A DNA stretch of 64,000 nt, from positions 1-64,000 of the IMG/VR virus record IMGVR_UViG_3300005613_000045, one strand, 5' to 3'. This stretch comes from a virus. A model generated the notes under the pieces. That model saw only the letters and a program-made list of their open reading frames with translations. It made no database searches and was not told the DNA's origin. Position 1 is the stretch's first letter. Every line of letters starts with the position of its first letter. The position numbers and the translations under genes were made by a program. Shown here in pieces: positions 1 through 8,471 of this stretch.

Positions 1-82
1 CCCTTACTATAGTACCCTTAAAACGTCGCCAAACGTGTATTATGCAACATATCGAATATTCGATAGTATGAATACGATAATC

Positions 83-192
83 ACATACTCGCATGCACAC
101 ATACTCGCATGCACACATACTCGCATGCACACATACTCGCATGCACACATACTCGCATGCACACATACTCGCATGCACACATACTCGCATGC
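83..192. repeat. Tandem array of about 7 copies of a 16-bp unit (ACATACTCGCATGCAC)
   Basis: Head-to-tail identical units are directly visible at 83-98, 99-114 and onward; the last copy degenerates. The region is non-coding. Confidence 0.9.
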
Positions 193-249
193 TGTCTATA
201 ATGTATGATATACAGTATATGCAAACGATTATATTCTAGCTTGGAATAC

Positions 250-340
250 TTCGCATAACCATCGACTTCGCATAACCTATGGTTATGCGAAAAAAGAGCG
301 CAAACGCTCGTCCAAATGGTTATGCGAAAAGGTTATGCGA
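250..340. repeat. Cluster of 10-bp GGTTATGCGA motifs: three direct copies and two inverted copies (TCGCATAACC)
   Basis: TTCGCATAACC at 250-260 and 267-277; GGTTATGCGA at 280-289, 318-327 and 331-340. The arrangement is iteron-like. Confidence 0.8.
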
Positions 341-573
341 CATAAAATCGACTGTAGTGGTGTATGCTATGTACGACTGTCATCCCTCTCCTCTAGCTCA
401 TTACGAGTCGATCAATCAATCTATCTAACAATATCTACGAAAAACTCTCCATAACTATGCAACATCTCTACAAAAATGCAGCAAAAGTTGCAAAAACTTT
501 TTCCGCTTGCAGCGCCCACCTTCCCGCAGATTTCGTGTCTGCTAATCATCACTACCCCTGTGGGATCGGCAAG

Positions 574-619
574 GAGTCAGGACGAAATCAATAATGTACT
601 AGGACGAAAGACAACAATG
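574..619. repeat. Two imperfect 22-bp direct repeats (AGGACGAAAnCAAyAATGTACT) about 60 bp upstream of a consensus promoter
   Basis: aggacgaaatcaataatgtact followed by aggacgaaagacaacaatgtact; operator-like placement. Confidence 0.7.
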
Positions 620-676
620 TACTTGGATAGAAATCAGCGAGAATATTTTTTATCGACAAATTAGTCTAGATGAGTA

Positions 677-705
677 TTGACACGAGATAGTTTGTGTGCT
701 ATGAT
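677..705 (+). promoter_or_regulatory. sigma70-type promoter TTGACA-N17-TATGAT
   Basis: Exact -35 hexamer at 677-682, a 17-bp spacer, and TATGAT at 700-705. It lies upstream of the first rightward gene (ATG 784). Confidence 0.6.
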
Positions 706-783
706 ACCTGTGTGCTGAGGGAGACCAAAAGCAGACTCATAGTAGATCCTAATGAGAGCAAAGAAGAAAGGGGATAAAAGATT

Positions 784-1035
784 ATGGCGCTGGAATACGT
801 GGGCTGGAAAGCAATCTGTGATACCTGTGGTAAGGTCGAGTGGATTTCTGCAGGCACAGAAACAAGACCAGGACTTTTGGTGGAAGGGGCTTGTGGTGCT
901 ATTGATCATGGGTGGGGCTACCAATTTTTGACAGATATTCCTTTAGTTACAGATGGATATGCTCGCTGGTTATGCCCAAGTTGTTACAAGAAAGAAAATT
1001 TGTTTGGCAGGTTTGAGGTCGAAAAAGATGAGTAG
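784..1035 (+). CDS. Small Cys-rich protein (CxxC...CxxC zinc-ribbon-like)
   Basis: 83-aa ORF downstream of the promoter; contains CDTCG and CPSC pairs. Confidence 0.55.
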   Translation: MALEYVGWKAICDTCGKVEWISAGTETRPGLLVEGACGAIDHGWGYQFLTDIPLVTDGYARWLCPSCYKKENLFGRFEVEKDE

Positions 1036-1219
1036 ACGAGAGCAATGTGAAAAGATGTGGACTGCAGTAGAGCGTGCTCGTGTAGCAATGAAGGATGTAT
1101 CTTTGACAGGCAATAAGTATCTTGACGATCTTTATGATGATGCTGTTTGGGCACTTGAAATTCTTGAAGAAGATATTATATCTTTTGTTTACGAAGAGGA
1201 AGATAAGGATGTCAGATAA
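1028..1219 (+). CDS. Hypothetical small acidic protein (start refined to the ATG overlapping the upstream stop)
   Basis: ORF 953..1219; an internal ATG at 1028 overlaps the stop of the previous gene. Confidence 0.4.
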   Translation: MSRREQCEKMWTAVERARVAMKDVSLTGNKYLDDLYDDAVWALEILEEDIISFVYEEEDKDVR

Positions 1220-1361
1220 ACTATGTGCTTTGGTAAAGAAAATTAAACTAGCAGAAGAAGAACTTAAAGCTTGTATTGATCGAGCAAATAGAAACGAAAG
1301 TAAATGGGCAAAATGGATAGATCCACAAAAAGATAAACAAGTAAAAAAGAAAGATGAGTAA
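1209..1361 (+). CDS. Hypothetical small basic protein
   Basis: The ORF is 1122..1361; 1209 is the refined start, an internal ATG placed by overlap logic. Confidence 0.3.
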   Translation: MSDKLCALVKKIKLAEEELKACIDRANRNESKWAKWIDPQKDKQVKKKDE

Positions 1362-1741
1362 TGAATAGAGAAAAGCTAGTAGAGATACGAAAGCGTTGTA
1401 CGGGTGCTCGTAATGGAGCTTGTCAAACCTGTGACTGGATTGCTGGTGATTACATTTGTGAGACTTGTATTTCTGAGGATATGGATTACGTCTTAGCTCT
1501 GCTCGATGAGGCTGATGCGCGTAATGCAGAATTGCAAGCAAGCAGAGAGCGTGTGCGTTTAGCTCTTGTTACTTTAATGCACTTGGATGTTGGTGATAAT
1601 TTGGAAGACGCTATAGATACGCTGGAATATTTTGGACGTAATGATCTTGATCCAGAATGTCAGGCTGTTGCTAGAGTGTTTCGTGCCTTACTTCCTGACG
1701 ATCTAAAGAAAGAAGAAATTAAAAATGATAAAGCAAATTAA
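1361..1741 (+). CDS. Hypothetical protein with a Cys cluster (CTGARNGACQTC...CETC)
   Basis: 126-aa ORF; the start overlaps the upstream stop as TAATG. Confidence 0.55.
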   Translation: MNREKLVEIRKRCTGARNGACQTCDWIAGDYICETCISEDMDYVLALLDEADARNAELQASRERVRLALVTLMHLDVGDNLEDAIDTLEYFGRNDLDPECQAVARVFRALLPDDLKKEEIKNDKAN

Positions 1742-2303
1742 TCTTGTTAAAAGTATTTCTTTGGTAGGACTTTCTTCACCAATTATAATCAGATGTGAAT
1801 TAGAAGATGATTGGCTTGTAAGTGAGTTTGTTATAGATGTTCAATGGGCTAATCTTGCAACAAAAGATATTGATATGCTCTGCAGCAAACGTGGACATGT
1901 TGTTGATTGCGTTATTTATGGGCAGCGCAATTGTCATATACCAGCTAAAGGTGTGATGACAAATTTTTCGATTGATCTGCGTAATGTAGAGAATTCTTTT
2001 GTGTCAGCTTCAATTTCTTTTAAAGCACATCCGCTATTCGATAAGCTGGTTGCAGGATTCGAGAAAGAAGAAAAAGATATGGGTGAACAACCTGTGCTAC
2101 CTTGGCTTGTAAAGTTTATTGAATCTGTGTATTCAGAAACTACAGGAAAACTTATGTATGATCGACCAAGGTATGTGGTCGTGCTGACAAGAACTTTTAA
2201 TGATGCAAGTAGTCTTGCTCTAGATCATGCGATTGAAAAATTGAATAACGCAACGATTGAAAGTATCAGTCTGGTAGAGTGTGAGTATACTATTACGGAG
2301 TGA
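1725..2303 (+). CDS. Hypothetical protein
   Basis: 192-aa ORF, co-oriented and tightly packed with its neighbours. Confidence 0.6.
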   Translation: MIKQINLVKSISLVGLSSPIIIRCELEDDWLVSEFVIDVQWANLATKDIDMLCSKRGHVVDCVIYGQRNCHIPAKGVMTNFSIDLRNVENSFVSASISFKAHPLFDKLVAGFEKEEKDMGEQPVLPWLVKFIESVYSETTGKLMYDRPRYVVVLTRTFNDASSLALDHAIEKLNNATIESISLVECEYTITE

Positions 2304-2310
2304 GAATAAA

Positions 2311-2766
2311 ATGCTTGATTCTCATCTGGCTATAGAAAAGAAGAATGCTGTTAAGGATCTTTTAAATAAGCATGATTATAAGTCAGGAAAAATTATTTAT
2401 GACCTTGCTTTGAAAGAGTATCGTTCTAATTTTATTGTTGTGGAAGTACGTTTTCTTATTGCTGTATGTCCTACTTCTGATACTCCTTATCAAGAGTATC
2501 CATCTGGTACTAGATATAGTTTTGATTTTCAAGCTAGGATTGAAGAACATAGATTTGAATCAATTATATCAGATGGTACGGATGTTGAATACGCAGCAGA
2601 ACAAATCAGACGAACTGTAGGATTAAAGATTGCAGCGTTTTTTACAGACACAACCATAGAAAATCTGGAAACATTGGAACAACATTACATAATGCGAATG
2701 ATTCAGCTGGAGCGCGATCTACAAAACGCTTACACTGAACTGAGAGAATTGAAAAGGAGTTTTTAA
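2311..2766 (+). CDS. Hypothetical protein
   Basis: The ORF is 2281..2766; 2311 is the refined start, an ATG with a GGAGTGAG RBS after the upstream stop. Confidence 0.6.
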   Translation: MLDSHLAIEKKNAVKDLLNKHDYKSGKIIYDLALKEYRSNFIVVEVRFLIAVCPTSDTPYQEYPSGTRYSFDFQARIEEHRFESIISDGTDVEYAAEQIRRTVGLKIAAFFTDTTIENLETLEQHYIMRMIQLERDLQNAYTELRELKRSF

Positions 2767-2771
2767 GTATT

Positions 2772-3002
2772 ATGGCAATGATTACGCTACGCAAATATGA
2801 AGATGCGTTGGAAGATGTTGTAAAAGCATTTGATCTTATGGAATATCAGCAAAGAAAAGCTTTTACACCTGCGTTGGATAATTTGTTTTGGGCTATTACT
2901 TCGGATCTGTATGAGTTGAAGCAACGTTTAGAAGAAGAGATTGAGGCAGAGGAAGAAGATAGTCGTGAAGCAGAACTAGAGGATTATGACTACGAAGACT
3001 AG
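2772..3002 (+). CDS. Hypothetical small acidic protein
   Basis: 76-aa ORF. Confidence 0.5.
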   Translation: MAMITLRKYEDALEDVVKAFDLMEYQQRKAFTPALDNLFWAITSDLYELKQRLEEEIEAEEEDSREAELEDYDYED

Positions 3003-3576
3003 ATTTTGGGTTTCGATACTTTGTAGTATGCTAGTACTGTCTTTGTCTGCAACAGGCTACGCATTTATTAAACTAAATGCAGCAAATACTGCAAAGTTAC
3101 CCAGCATTCAAGAACAAGAACGAGGTTTGGTTTTTACTAAAGAGAATCAGCTTGTGCGTATATTGACTCCAGGACGATACAAGTTGCAAGCTAAAGAAGA
3201 TTATGTCAAGATAATTTCAATCGCAGACAGGTTCATTACTTTCCAAGATGATACCATAAGAACTGCAGAAGATATTCTTTATACCGTACAAGTTGTGTTG
3301 GTATATCATCGAGAAGATACAGAAGAAAGCTTGTTTGGACTTTGGAGAAGATACCCTGTAGAATCCACACAAGATTTTTTATTGGATGAATTGGTAGAAG
3401 ATATGTTAGCTGTTGCTGTAAAGCTGTCAGCAACAACGCTGACAGCCGAAGAAACTTTTTCAGCGGAAGGAATAAAAACTTTGAGTAGGCGTATTGATGA
3501 ACGACTCACCCCTGTGTTGGCTGCTCGTGGTTGTGTGTTGGTAAAAATAGAAATTAAAAATTTGTTTCAGGAGTAA
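2986..3576 (+). CDS. Membrane-anchored protein with an N-terminal signal/TM segment; possibly SPFH/band-7-like
   Basis: Hydrophobic N-terminus (FWVSILCSMLVLSLSATGYA). The domain call is weak. Confidence 0.55.
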   Translation: MTTKTRFWVSILCSMLVLSLSATGYAFIKLNAANTAKLPSIQEQERGLVFTKENQLVRILTPGRYKLQAKEDYVKIISIADRFITFQDDTIRTAEDILYTVQVVLVYHREDTEESLFGLWRRYPVESTQDFLLDELVEDMLAVAVKLSATTLTAEETFSAEGIKTLSRRIDERLTPVLAARGCVLVKIEIKNLFQE

Positions 3577-3588
3577 GGATACTACCTA

Positions 3589-3861
3589 ATGAAAACGAAA
3601 CGAGAACTATTGAATCAGGCAGCAAAGAGCTATGTGAATGATGCTCATTACGAACTTCCTGTAGTTGATATGTATATTGATGTGCATAGTCCTGTAACGA
3701 TCTCTATTCCTAGCTGTCCTATCTGTGGTAAAGCTCATGCTAACCTTGTCTGCATTCCTGTGAATCATCCACAGAAAGGATGGACACACGAAGTTCCTTG
3801 TCCTAATAGTCCTGATGATATTCTTTTGTTTTCTTTCGAACACGAGTGTCTTGATAGTTAG
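3589..3861 (+). CDS. Small Cys/His-rich protein
   Basis: 90-aa ORF with CPICGKAH...C...H...CPNSPDD, RBS-like AGGAG upstream. Confidence 0.5.
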   Translation: MKTKRELLNQAAKSYVNDAHYELPVVDMYIDVHSPVTISIPSCPICGKAHANLVCIPVNHPQKGWTHEVPCPNSPDDILLFSFEHECLDS

Positions 3862-3873
3862 GAGTGCTAAATA

Positions 3874-4119
3874 ATGTATGACTTGGAAGAAAGATATTCT
3901 CAATGTTTGATGGATCTTGATAAAGAAATAGAACAGCATATTAAATGTGATAAAATAATTTGGGGGCTGGAAACAGATCTTCAAATTACTTTAGATGATT
4001 TTTATGGTGTGCTCGACGCTTTAAAAGATTTAGTTTTTGAATTGTCTGATCCTAATTATTCTGAATCTGCTCAAGTTACTGCGTCAAAAATTCAGCACAT
4101 AATTTCATCGAATAGATAG
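3874..4119 (+). CDS. Hypothetical protein
   Basis: 81-aa ORF. Confidence 0.5.
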   Translation: MYDLEERYSQCLMDLDKEIEQHIKCDKIIWGLETDLQITLDDFYGVLDALKDLVFELSDPNYSESAQVTASKIQHIISSNR

Positions 4120-4130
4120 TCTATACTGAT

Positions 4131-4159
4131 TTGACAAAGAGTTTTGGTAGTGCTATATT
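4131..4159 (+). promoter_or_regulatory. sigma70-type promoter TTGACA-N17-TATATT
   Basis: Exact -35 at 4131-4136, 17-bp spacer, TATATT at 4154-4159. A GAGGAGGAG RBS and ATG 4187 follow. Confidence 0.6.
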
Positions 4160-4186
4160 ACTCGTATTCTAAGTGAGGAGGAGTTG

Positions 4187-4426
4187 ATGATAACTTACAA
4201 GCCAACGATGAATGAGGTTTATCGAGATGCGATGGATGATATTTATGATTTAGCTGATCTGTTAAGTGGGTTAGCTGTACACAGTAAAACAGAACATCGC
4301 ATTATTACCTTACGTTATGCACTTAAAAATTTAGAGTTTGTTTCTAGTTGCGTTAGAGAGTATCTTGAAGCTGCTACAGGAGAAACATTTAATGGACAGG
4401 ACAGTGAGGAAGAACTCGTCAGCTAA
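4187..4426 (+). CDS. Hypothetical protein
   Basis: The ORF is 4184..4426; 4187 is the ATG after the RBS. Confidence 0.5.
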   Translation: MITYKPTMNEVYRDAMDDIYDLADLLSGLAVHSKTEHRIITLRYALKNLEFVSSCVREYLEAATGETFNGQDSEEELVS

Positions 4427-4931
4427 TATATTTATTATTGTAGGTTTACTTTTTATAGTTTATCAAATACTAAAAACTTTTCTACTTGCGCCTATGACAT
4501 TAGTATCTGAACCAAGTATAGTAGAAGCAGAGATTGTTAATAATCTGGATGATTGGGAAGTAGGCGAACCACTTTGTGCGGAGATGATTACGCCTCAATC
4601 GCTTGGACCACGAGCAGGTGAAACAGTGCATGTTCCTGGTATAGGACCTGTGATTTGTGGAGAACACGCACAGGAGAGACATGGTGTGGAAGCTTTGCAA
4701 GCGCGTAGTGCGATTATGACAGGTGGTGGAAATAGGTACGACTGTGGAGATGGGCGTCAAAGAATTCTAAAACAATTGGGTCCTAAATCTGTAGCGATAA
4801 TGATTGTGGAACAGGGTGTGGAAGTAAGTTGTTTTATTAGCTCTAAAAGCTGGGAGAGGATGATGCGAGTGATTGCACGAGATGACTGTTCTCCTCCTCA
4901 AACACCTGAAGCTGGTATGGTTTTAAATTAG
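4392..4931 (+). CDS. Hypothetical protein with one N-terminal TM helix
   Basis: ORF 4338..4931. There is no start codon after the upstream stop until ATG 4494, so the start is taken as the internal ATG 4392. Confidence 0.45.
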   Translation: MDRTVRKNSSANIFIIVGLLFIVYQILKTFLLAPMTLVSEPSIVEAEIVNNLDDWEVGEPLCAEMITPQSLGPRAGETVHVPGIGPVICGEHAQERHGVEALQARSAIMTGGGNRYDCGDGRQRILKQLGPKSVAIMIVEQGVEVSCFISSKSWERMMRVIARDDCSPPQTPEAGMVLN

Positions 4932-4932
4932 A

Positions 4933-5154
4933 ATGGATAACAGAGAAAAGCTATTTATAGATGGTATAGAAATCAGAGAGCTTATGACTCCACAGCAAGC
5001 ACAGATTTATTTACGTTTGGATCGCCAAGCTCTCTACTATCTTATTGCAGAAAATAAAATTCCTTTCAGGATGTTCGAGAGTGAACGTAGATTTGTGCGC
5101 AGCGAACTAGATAATTGGCTTGAACGGTCTGTTAAACGAGGGGAGATCGGATAA
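4933..5154 (+). CDS. Excisionase/MerR-like HTH DNA-binding protein
   Basis: 73 aa; the segment TPQQAQIYLRLDRQALYYLIAENKIPF matches the HTH_17/excisionase-type motif pattern. Confidence 0.5.
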   Translation: MDNREKLFIDGIEIRELMTPQQAQIYLRLDRQALYYLIAENKIPFRMFESERRFVRSELDNWLERSVKRGEIG

Positions 5155-5637
5155 ATGTTTGTAGTTTATGCTTCTAATTTTATCAGTAATAATAGACCCA
5201 TCGCTGCTTTTTCTGAGGATGGTCCTGAACTGCAATCATTTTTAGAGATGACTGGATTAGATCAAGAAGATCATAGCGAAGTAGTTCAGGAACTTGTAGT
5301 AGATGAACTTAAAAATTATATGAGTCTTGGTCTTAAATTGTACATGGTAGAAACTGATGGAGAAGACTATTGGCGCATTGATGAACTTTCTGATACTCTT
5401 GATGAGTATATGTCATATGCTCCTGGAGAGTTTAAGCCTGTAGATAGTTATGAAGTTACTAACATTCTTGAAACATATTTTCTAGTAGGTTCTGTGTGGG
5501 CTATAGATAAAGAATACGCAGAAAAGAAGTTTCGCTGGATATTGGAAGAGATAAAGAAAAATAACAGGTGGGTTGACGGTTATATGTATCAATCTACTTG
5601 GCCCTATCAAAAGACTATTGGAGGAGATTTTGATTAA
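5155..5637 (+). CDS. Hypothetical protein
   Basis: 160-aa ORF. Confidence 0.6.
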   Translation: MFVVYASNFISNNRPIAAFSEDGPELQSFLEMTGLDQEDHSEVVQELVVDELKNYMSLGLKLYMVETDGEDYWRIDELSDTLDEYMSYAPGEFKPVDSYEVTNILETYFLVGSVWAIDKEYAEKKFRWILEEIKKNNRWVDGYMYQSTWPYQKTIGGDFD

Positions 5638-5884
5638 AGCTAACAAGTGGGTGATCTTTAAAGAGATTGCAATGGAACGAGAATGGCAGGATAAAAAGTA
5701 TGGTTCTTTGGAAGAGCGTAATCCTTCGGTTGATGAATGGGTAGATATTCTATCTGAAGAACTTGAAGAAGTTCTGTCTGCAAAAACTCTAGAAGATAAG
5801 CTTGAAGAACTTTTGCAGGTAGTTTCTGTAGGTGTAGCATGTCTTGAACAGCACGGAGTAATCAGGCGTAAAGAACTTCAATAA
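5573..5884 (+). CDS. Hypothetical protein, possibly a MazG-like all-alpha NTP pyrophosphohydrolase; the start is uncertain (TTG 5630 or ATG 5672 likely)
   Basis: Acidic EExxE-type motif (LSEELEEVLS). A GGAGGAG RBS lies at 5620-5626. Confidence 0.4.
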   Translation: MTVICINLLGPIKRLLEEILIKANKWVIFKEIAMEREWQDKKYGSLEERNPSVDEWVDILSEELEEVLSAKTLEDKLEELLQVVSVGVACLEQHGVIRRKELQ

Positions 5885-5896
5885 AGGAAGTAGATC

Positions 5897-6475
5897 ATGG
5901 CTTTGACAGAAGCACAGCAAGAACAAGCCAGGGAAATGTATTCGAATAATATTTCTGTGCGAGAGATTTGTTCAGCACTGGATACACCAGAAGGTGCGGT
6001 ATATGCTTTCTTTTCTTCTTCTAATCTTCCCTCTCTCAGGGAAGTAGCGAGGAAACAAGTACAAGATACAATTTATAAATTGTATCTTTCTGGACAAAAG
6101 CTTTCTTATAAAGAGATTGCAAAACTTGTAGGACGATCTTCTTCGCATGTATGCAGAGTAATTAAAAAATACGAGGCTGGAGAAGAGACACTTTCACCTG
6201 ATTCTGGTGTGGTTTTACCTGTAGTAAGAAAAAGTAAACAAGCCAGACTAAAAGAAAAAGTTCGTTGTTGTATGTGTGAATTGCTACAAAGTAAAACTAT
6301 AACGCTTAGTTATTCTTCTTTTTGCTTGTGTCACGAATGTCTTATGGCTGTGGTAAAATATCCTTATAAGGATTGGTCAGCCTATCTGACTGAAGATATG
6401 CTTAGAGAAGTGTTGGATGATCCTGTTTCTTTAAGAGCAGTAGAGTATTATAAGACACTACAACCTGTTCTATAA
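5897..6475 (+). CDS. HTH DNA-binding protein with a C-terminal Cys-rich region
   Basis: Two HTH-like segments (ISVREICSALD..., YKEIAKLVGRSSSHVCRVIKK) and a C-terminal CCMC...CLCHEC. Confidence 0.55.
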   Translation: MALTEAQQEQAREMYSNNISVREICSALDTPEGAVYAFFSSSNLPSLREVARKQVQDTIYKLYLSGQKLSYKEIAKLVGRSSSHVCRVIKKYEAGEETLSPDSGVVLPVVRKSKQARLKEKVRCCMCELLQSKTITLSYSSFCLCHECLMAVVKYPYKDWSAYLTEDMLREVLDDPVSLRAVEYYKTLQPVL

Positions 6476-6482
6476 TAATTAT

Positions 6483-6554
6483 GCTGGTATAACTTAATGG
6501 TAAAGTAACCACCTTGTAAGTGGTGGAGTGTAGGTTCAAGTCCTACTACCAGCT
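6483..6554 (+). tRNA. tRNA-Thr (anticodon UGU)
   Basis: Folded by hand: acceptor GCTGGTA/TACCAGC, D stem ACTT/AAGT, anticodon stem ACCAC/GTGGT with loop CTTGTAA, T arm GTAGG-TTCAAGT-CCTAC. No encoded CCA. Confidence 0.85.
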
Positions 6555-6702
6555 TATGCAAAAAGATGTAAGCCAAAATAAGATTATCCGTGTGGGACAC
6601 TCGCCCGTGTTCTGAAACTCGTGCAACATCTTTTTGCAGAACGCTAGACTTTTTATTTTAAGCCTGGGTTGCGCATAGGTTATCACGCAAAATGGAGCAC
6701 TC

Positions 6703-8415
6703 GTGAAAATAAAAAATATTTTATATTTGCTTATTGTTTTATTTTTAGTTTCTTGCCAAGCAACGCCTACACCTACTGCAGTTCGACAAACATCTTTGCC
6801 TCTACACAAAGCGATTCCTCCGAAGATTGGTCAGATGTTTGGTGTAACTCCTCCTAAAGATAGTATTTGGACAACTTGGGTTCCTTGGACAGATGTAGAA
6901 GCTTACGCAGGAGCTTTGTATAACTGGGATGCGGTAGATAAAAAACTAGCGTTAGCTGAGGAGTCTGAATCAACTGTGCAGTTCCAGATTCTTTTTTATA
7001 CCAGCGATATTAATTCGTCAGGTACAAAATATTTTATTAACTATACACCTTCTGGGTATGATAAAGGGTATGAGTTGACTAGCGGAAATCTGAGCGCAAC
7101 GATTCCTGCTTATGATAGCCAAGCATGGAGAAACGCTTACTGGAAAATGATTCAAGCTTTTGCAGAACGTTATGATAATGATCCTCGTCTTAATAGTTTT
7201 GTAATTGCCGTAGGCATAGATGGTGAAACACAGTGGATTAAAGACGCTGGAGCCGATTGGCAGGTAGAAGCTCGAAAGATTAGTGGACTGGAATACAGGT
7301 ACGGACAGTTTGTTTATCTCTCTATGGATCAGGCAGCAGGAGTATTTAACAACACTCGCTTGTTTTTGAATAATGCTCCTGGAGGAAATGCCCGTATAGA
7401 TCGCGCACGGTATGCTGCAGATCGAGGAATTGGTCTAAAGCATAGCGGAATGCTTCCTGATATTAATAGTGCTAAAGGTTATGGAGAGCAAATTGGTTCT
7501 TGGGATGCAATGAATGCGTTTCAAGGACAGACCCCCCTGTGGTGGGAAAGTGCTTATGGTTTGGGTGATGCAAGCACAAGATACTTTGGGTATTATGCTG
7601 GATTGACTTTTCATCCTGCAGCAATGGATGTTCATCCAGAGTGGATCACACAGATAGATCCTATCTTCAAGCTGTGGGTAGAAGATCATTTGGGTAAAAC
7701 AATTAGTACCACACCTAGTGTGTGGTGTGTTTTACGAGATAAAGAATATCCTAAAGTTATGTGGTCTAGTACAGAAGGTGTTAGCGGATGGCCAGGAAAC
7801 TTTAATTACTGGATGACTGTTGAAGGTGCGCAGATTGTAGAACGTAAAAATATTCCAGGAAATAATACAGCATGGCAAGCAAGGCAGGCTGGTTATATTA
7901 CTGAAGCCTCTGTGGATGTAAATGACAAGTTCACCAGAGAAAAATATTTTTTAAAGCTTATCCTTCAAACGACTGAGGATAGTTCTCTTACTGTAAGTTG
8001 GCATGGAAATTCTTATGAACTTCCTCTGGATCAAAGAGCTTTGAACTCTTGGGAAACTTTTATTATTCCTCTAGAAGATTTCACAGTGGACAGCGCAAAA
8101 GATATTGTGCTAGAAGGAAAAGCTTATGTACATCTGATCGAGGTGTATGGTGATAGTAATATTGTTATGCCAACAGTTACGGCACTTCCTACAACCACTG
8201 TGCGTCCTACGAATACAATCATTCCTACAAGCACCGTTATTCCAACTAGAACAATTATTCCTACAACAACCAGCATTGTAATTAAAACTACAACACCACG
8301 ACCTACTTCAACCAAAACAATTAAAGAAGATATGAGTGAGCTTAAGAAAAGAATTTATAATGAGTGGGGATTGCTTGTAGAATTTCAGCTTGTAGTAAAT
8401 ACAGATAGCCGCTAA
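6703..8415 (+). CDS. Secreted lipoprotein-like protein with a C-terminal Thr/Pro-rich linker; putative polysaccharide hydrolase
   Basis: GTG start with a GGAG RBS; signal peptide plus LVSC lipobox-like motif. The linker PTVTALPTTTVRPTNTIIPTSTVIPTRTIIPTTT is encoded at about 8160-8310. Enzymatic class not established. Confidence 0.65.
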   Translation: MKIKNILYLLIVLFLVSCQATPTPTAVRQTSLPLHKAIPPKIGQMFGVTPPKDSIWTTWVPWTDVEAYAGALYNWDAVDKKLALAEESESTVQFQILFYTSDINSSGTKYFINYTPSGYDKGYELTSGNLSATIPAYDSQAWRNAYWKMIQAFAERYDNDPRLNSFVIAVGIDGETQWIKDAGADWQVEARKISGLEYRYGQFVYLSMDQAAGVFNNTRLFLNNAPGGNARIDRARYAADRGIGLKHSGMLPDINSAKGYGEQIGSWDAMNAFQGQTPLWWESAYGLGDASTRYFGYYAGLTFHPAAMDVHPEWITQIDPIFKLWVEDHLGKTISTTPSVWCVLRDKEYPKVMWSSTEGVSGWPGNFNYWMTVEGAQIVERKNIPGNNTAWQARQAGYITEASVDVNDKFTREKYFLKLILQTTEDSSLTVSWHGNSYELPLDQRALNSWETFIIPLEDFTVDSAKDIVLEGKAYVHLIEVYGDSNIVMPTVTALPTTTVRPTNTIIPTSTVIPTRTIIPTTTSIVIKTTTPRPTSTKTIKEDMSELKKRIYNEWGLLVEFQLVVNTDSR

Positions 8416-8471
8416 TGTTGACAAATTATTGTAATTATATTAATCTATACTAAATAGTTGAGGAGAAGATA

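Noticed and set aside
83-192. Could the 16-bp tandem array be a CRISPR array?
   Set aside because: Units are contiguous with no spacers, only 16 bp long and identical, and there are no cas genes nearby. It is a simple tandem repeat.
476-924. ORFs 476..664 (+) and 661..924 (-) in the left control region
   Set aside because: They lie across repeats and the promoter, have no RBS, and have odd composition. They are likely non-coding.
1248-1541. Minus-strand ORFs embedded in the rightward gene block (e.g. 1248..1541, 3607..3984, 4500..4760, 9599..9940, 30468..30896)
   Set aside because: They oppose a continuous, overlapping series of sense genes and have low-complexity translations. They are treated as spurious.
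2986-3576. An SPFH/band-7 assignment for the 196-aa membrane protein
   Set aside because: It rests only on a vague resemblance and the protein is shorter than typical SPFH domains. It is kept as a generic membrane protein.
8418-8446. TTGACA upstream of the M23 peptidase gene as a promoter
   Set aside because: At 17-bp spacing the -10 is TAATCT, a poor match, and the better TATACT lies 22 bp away. It is left as unsupported.
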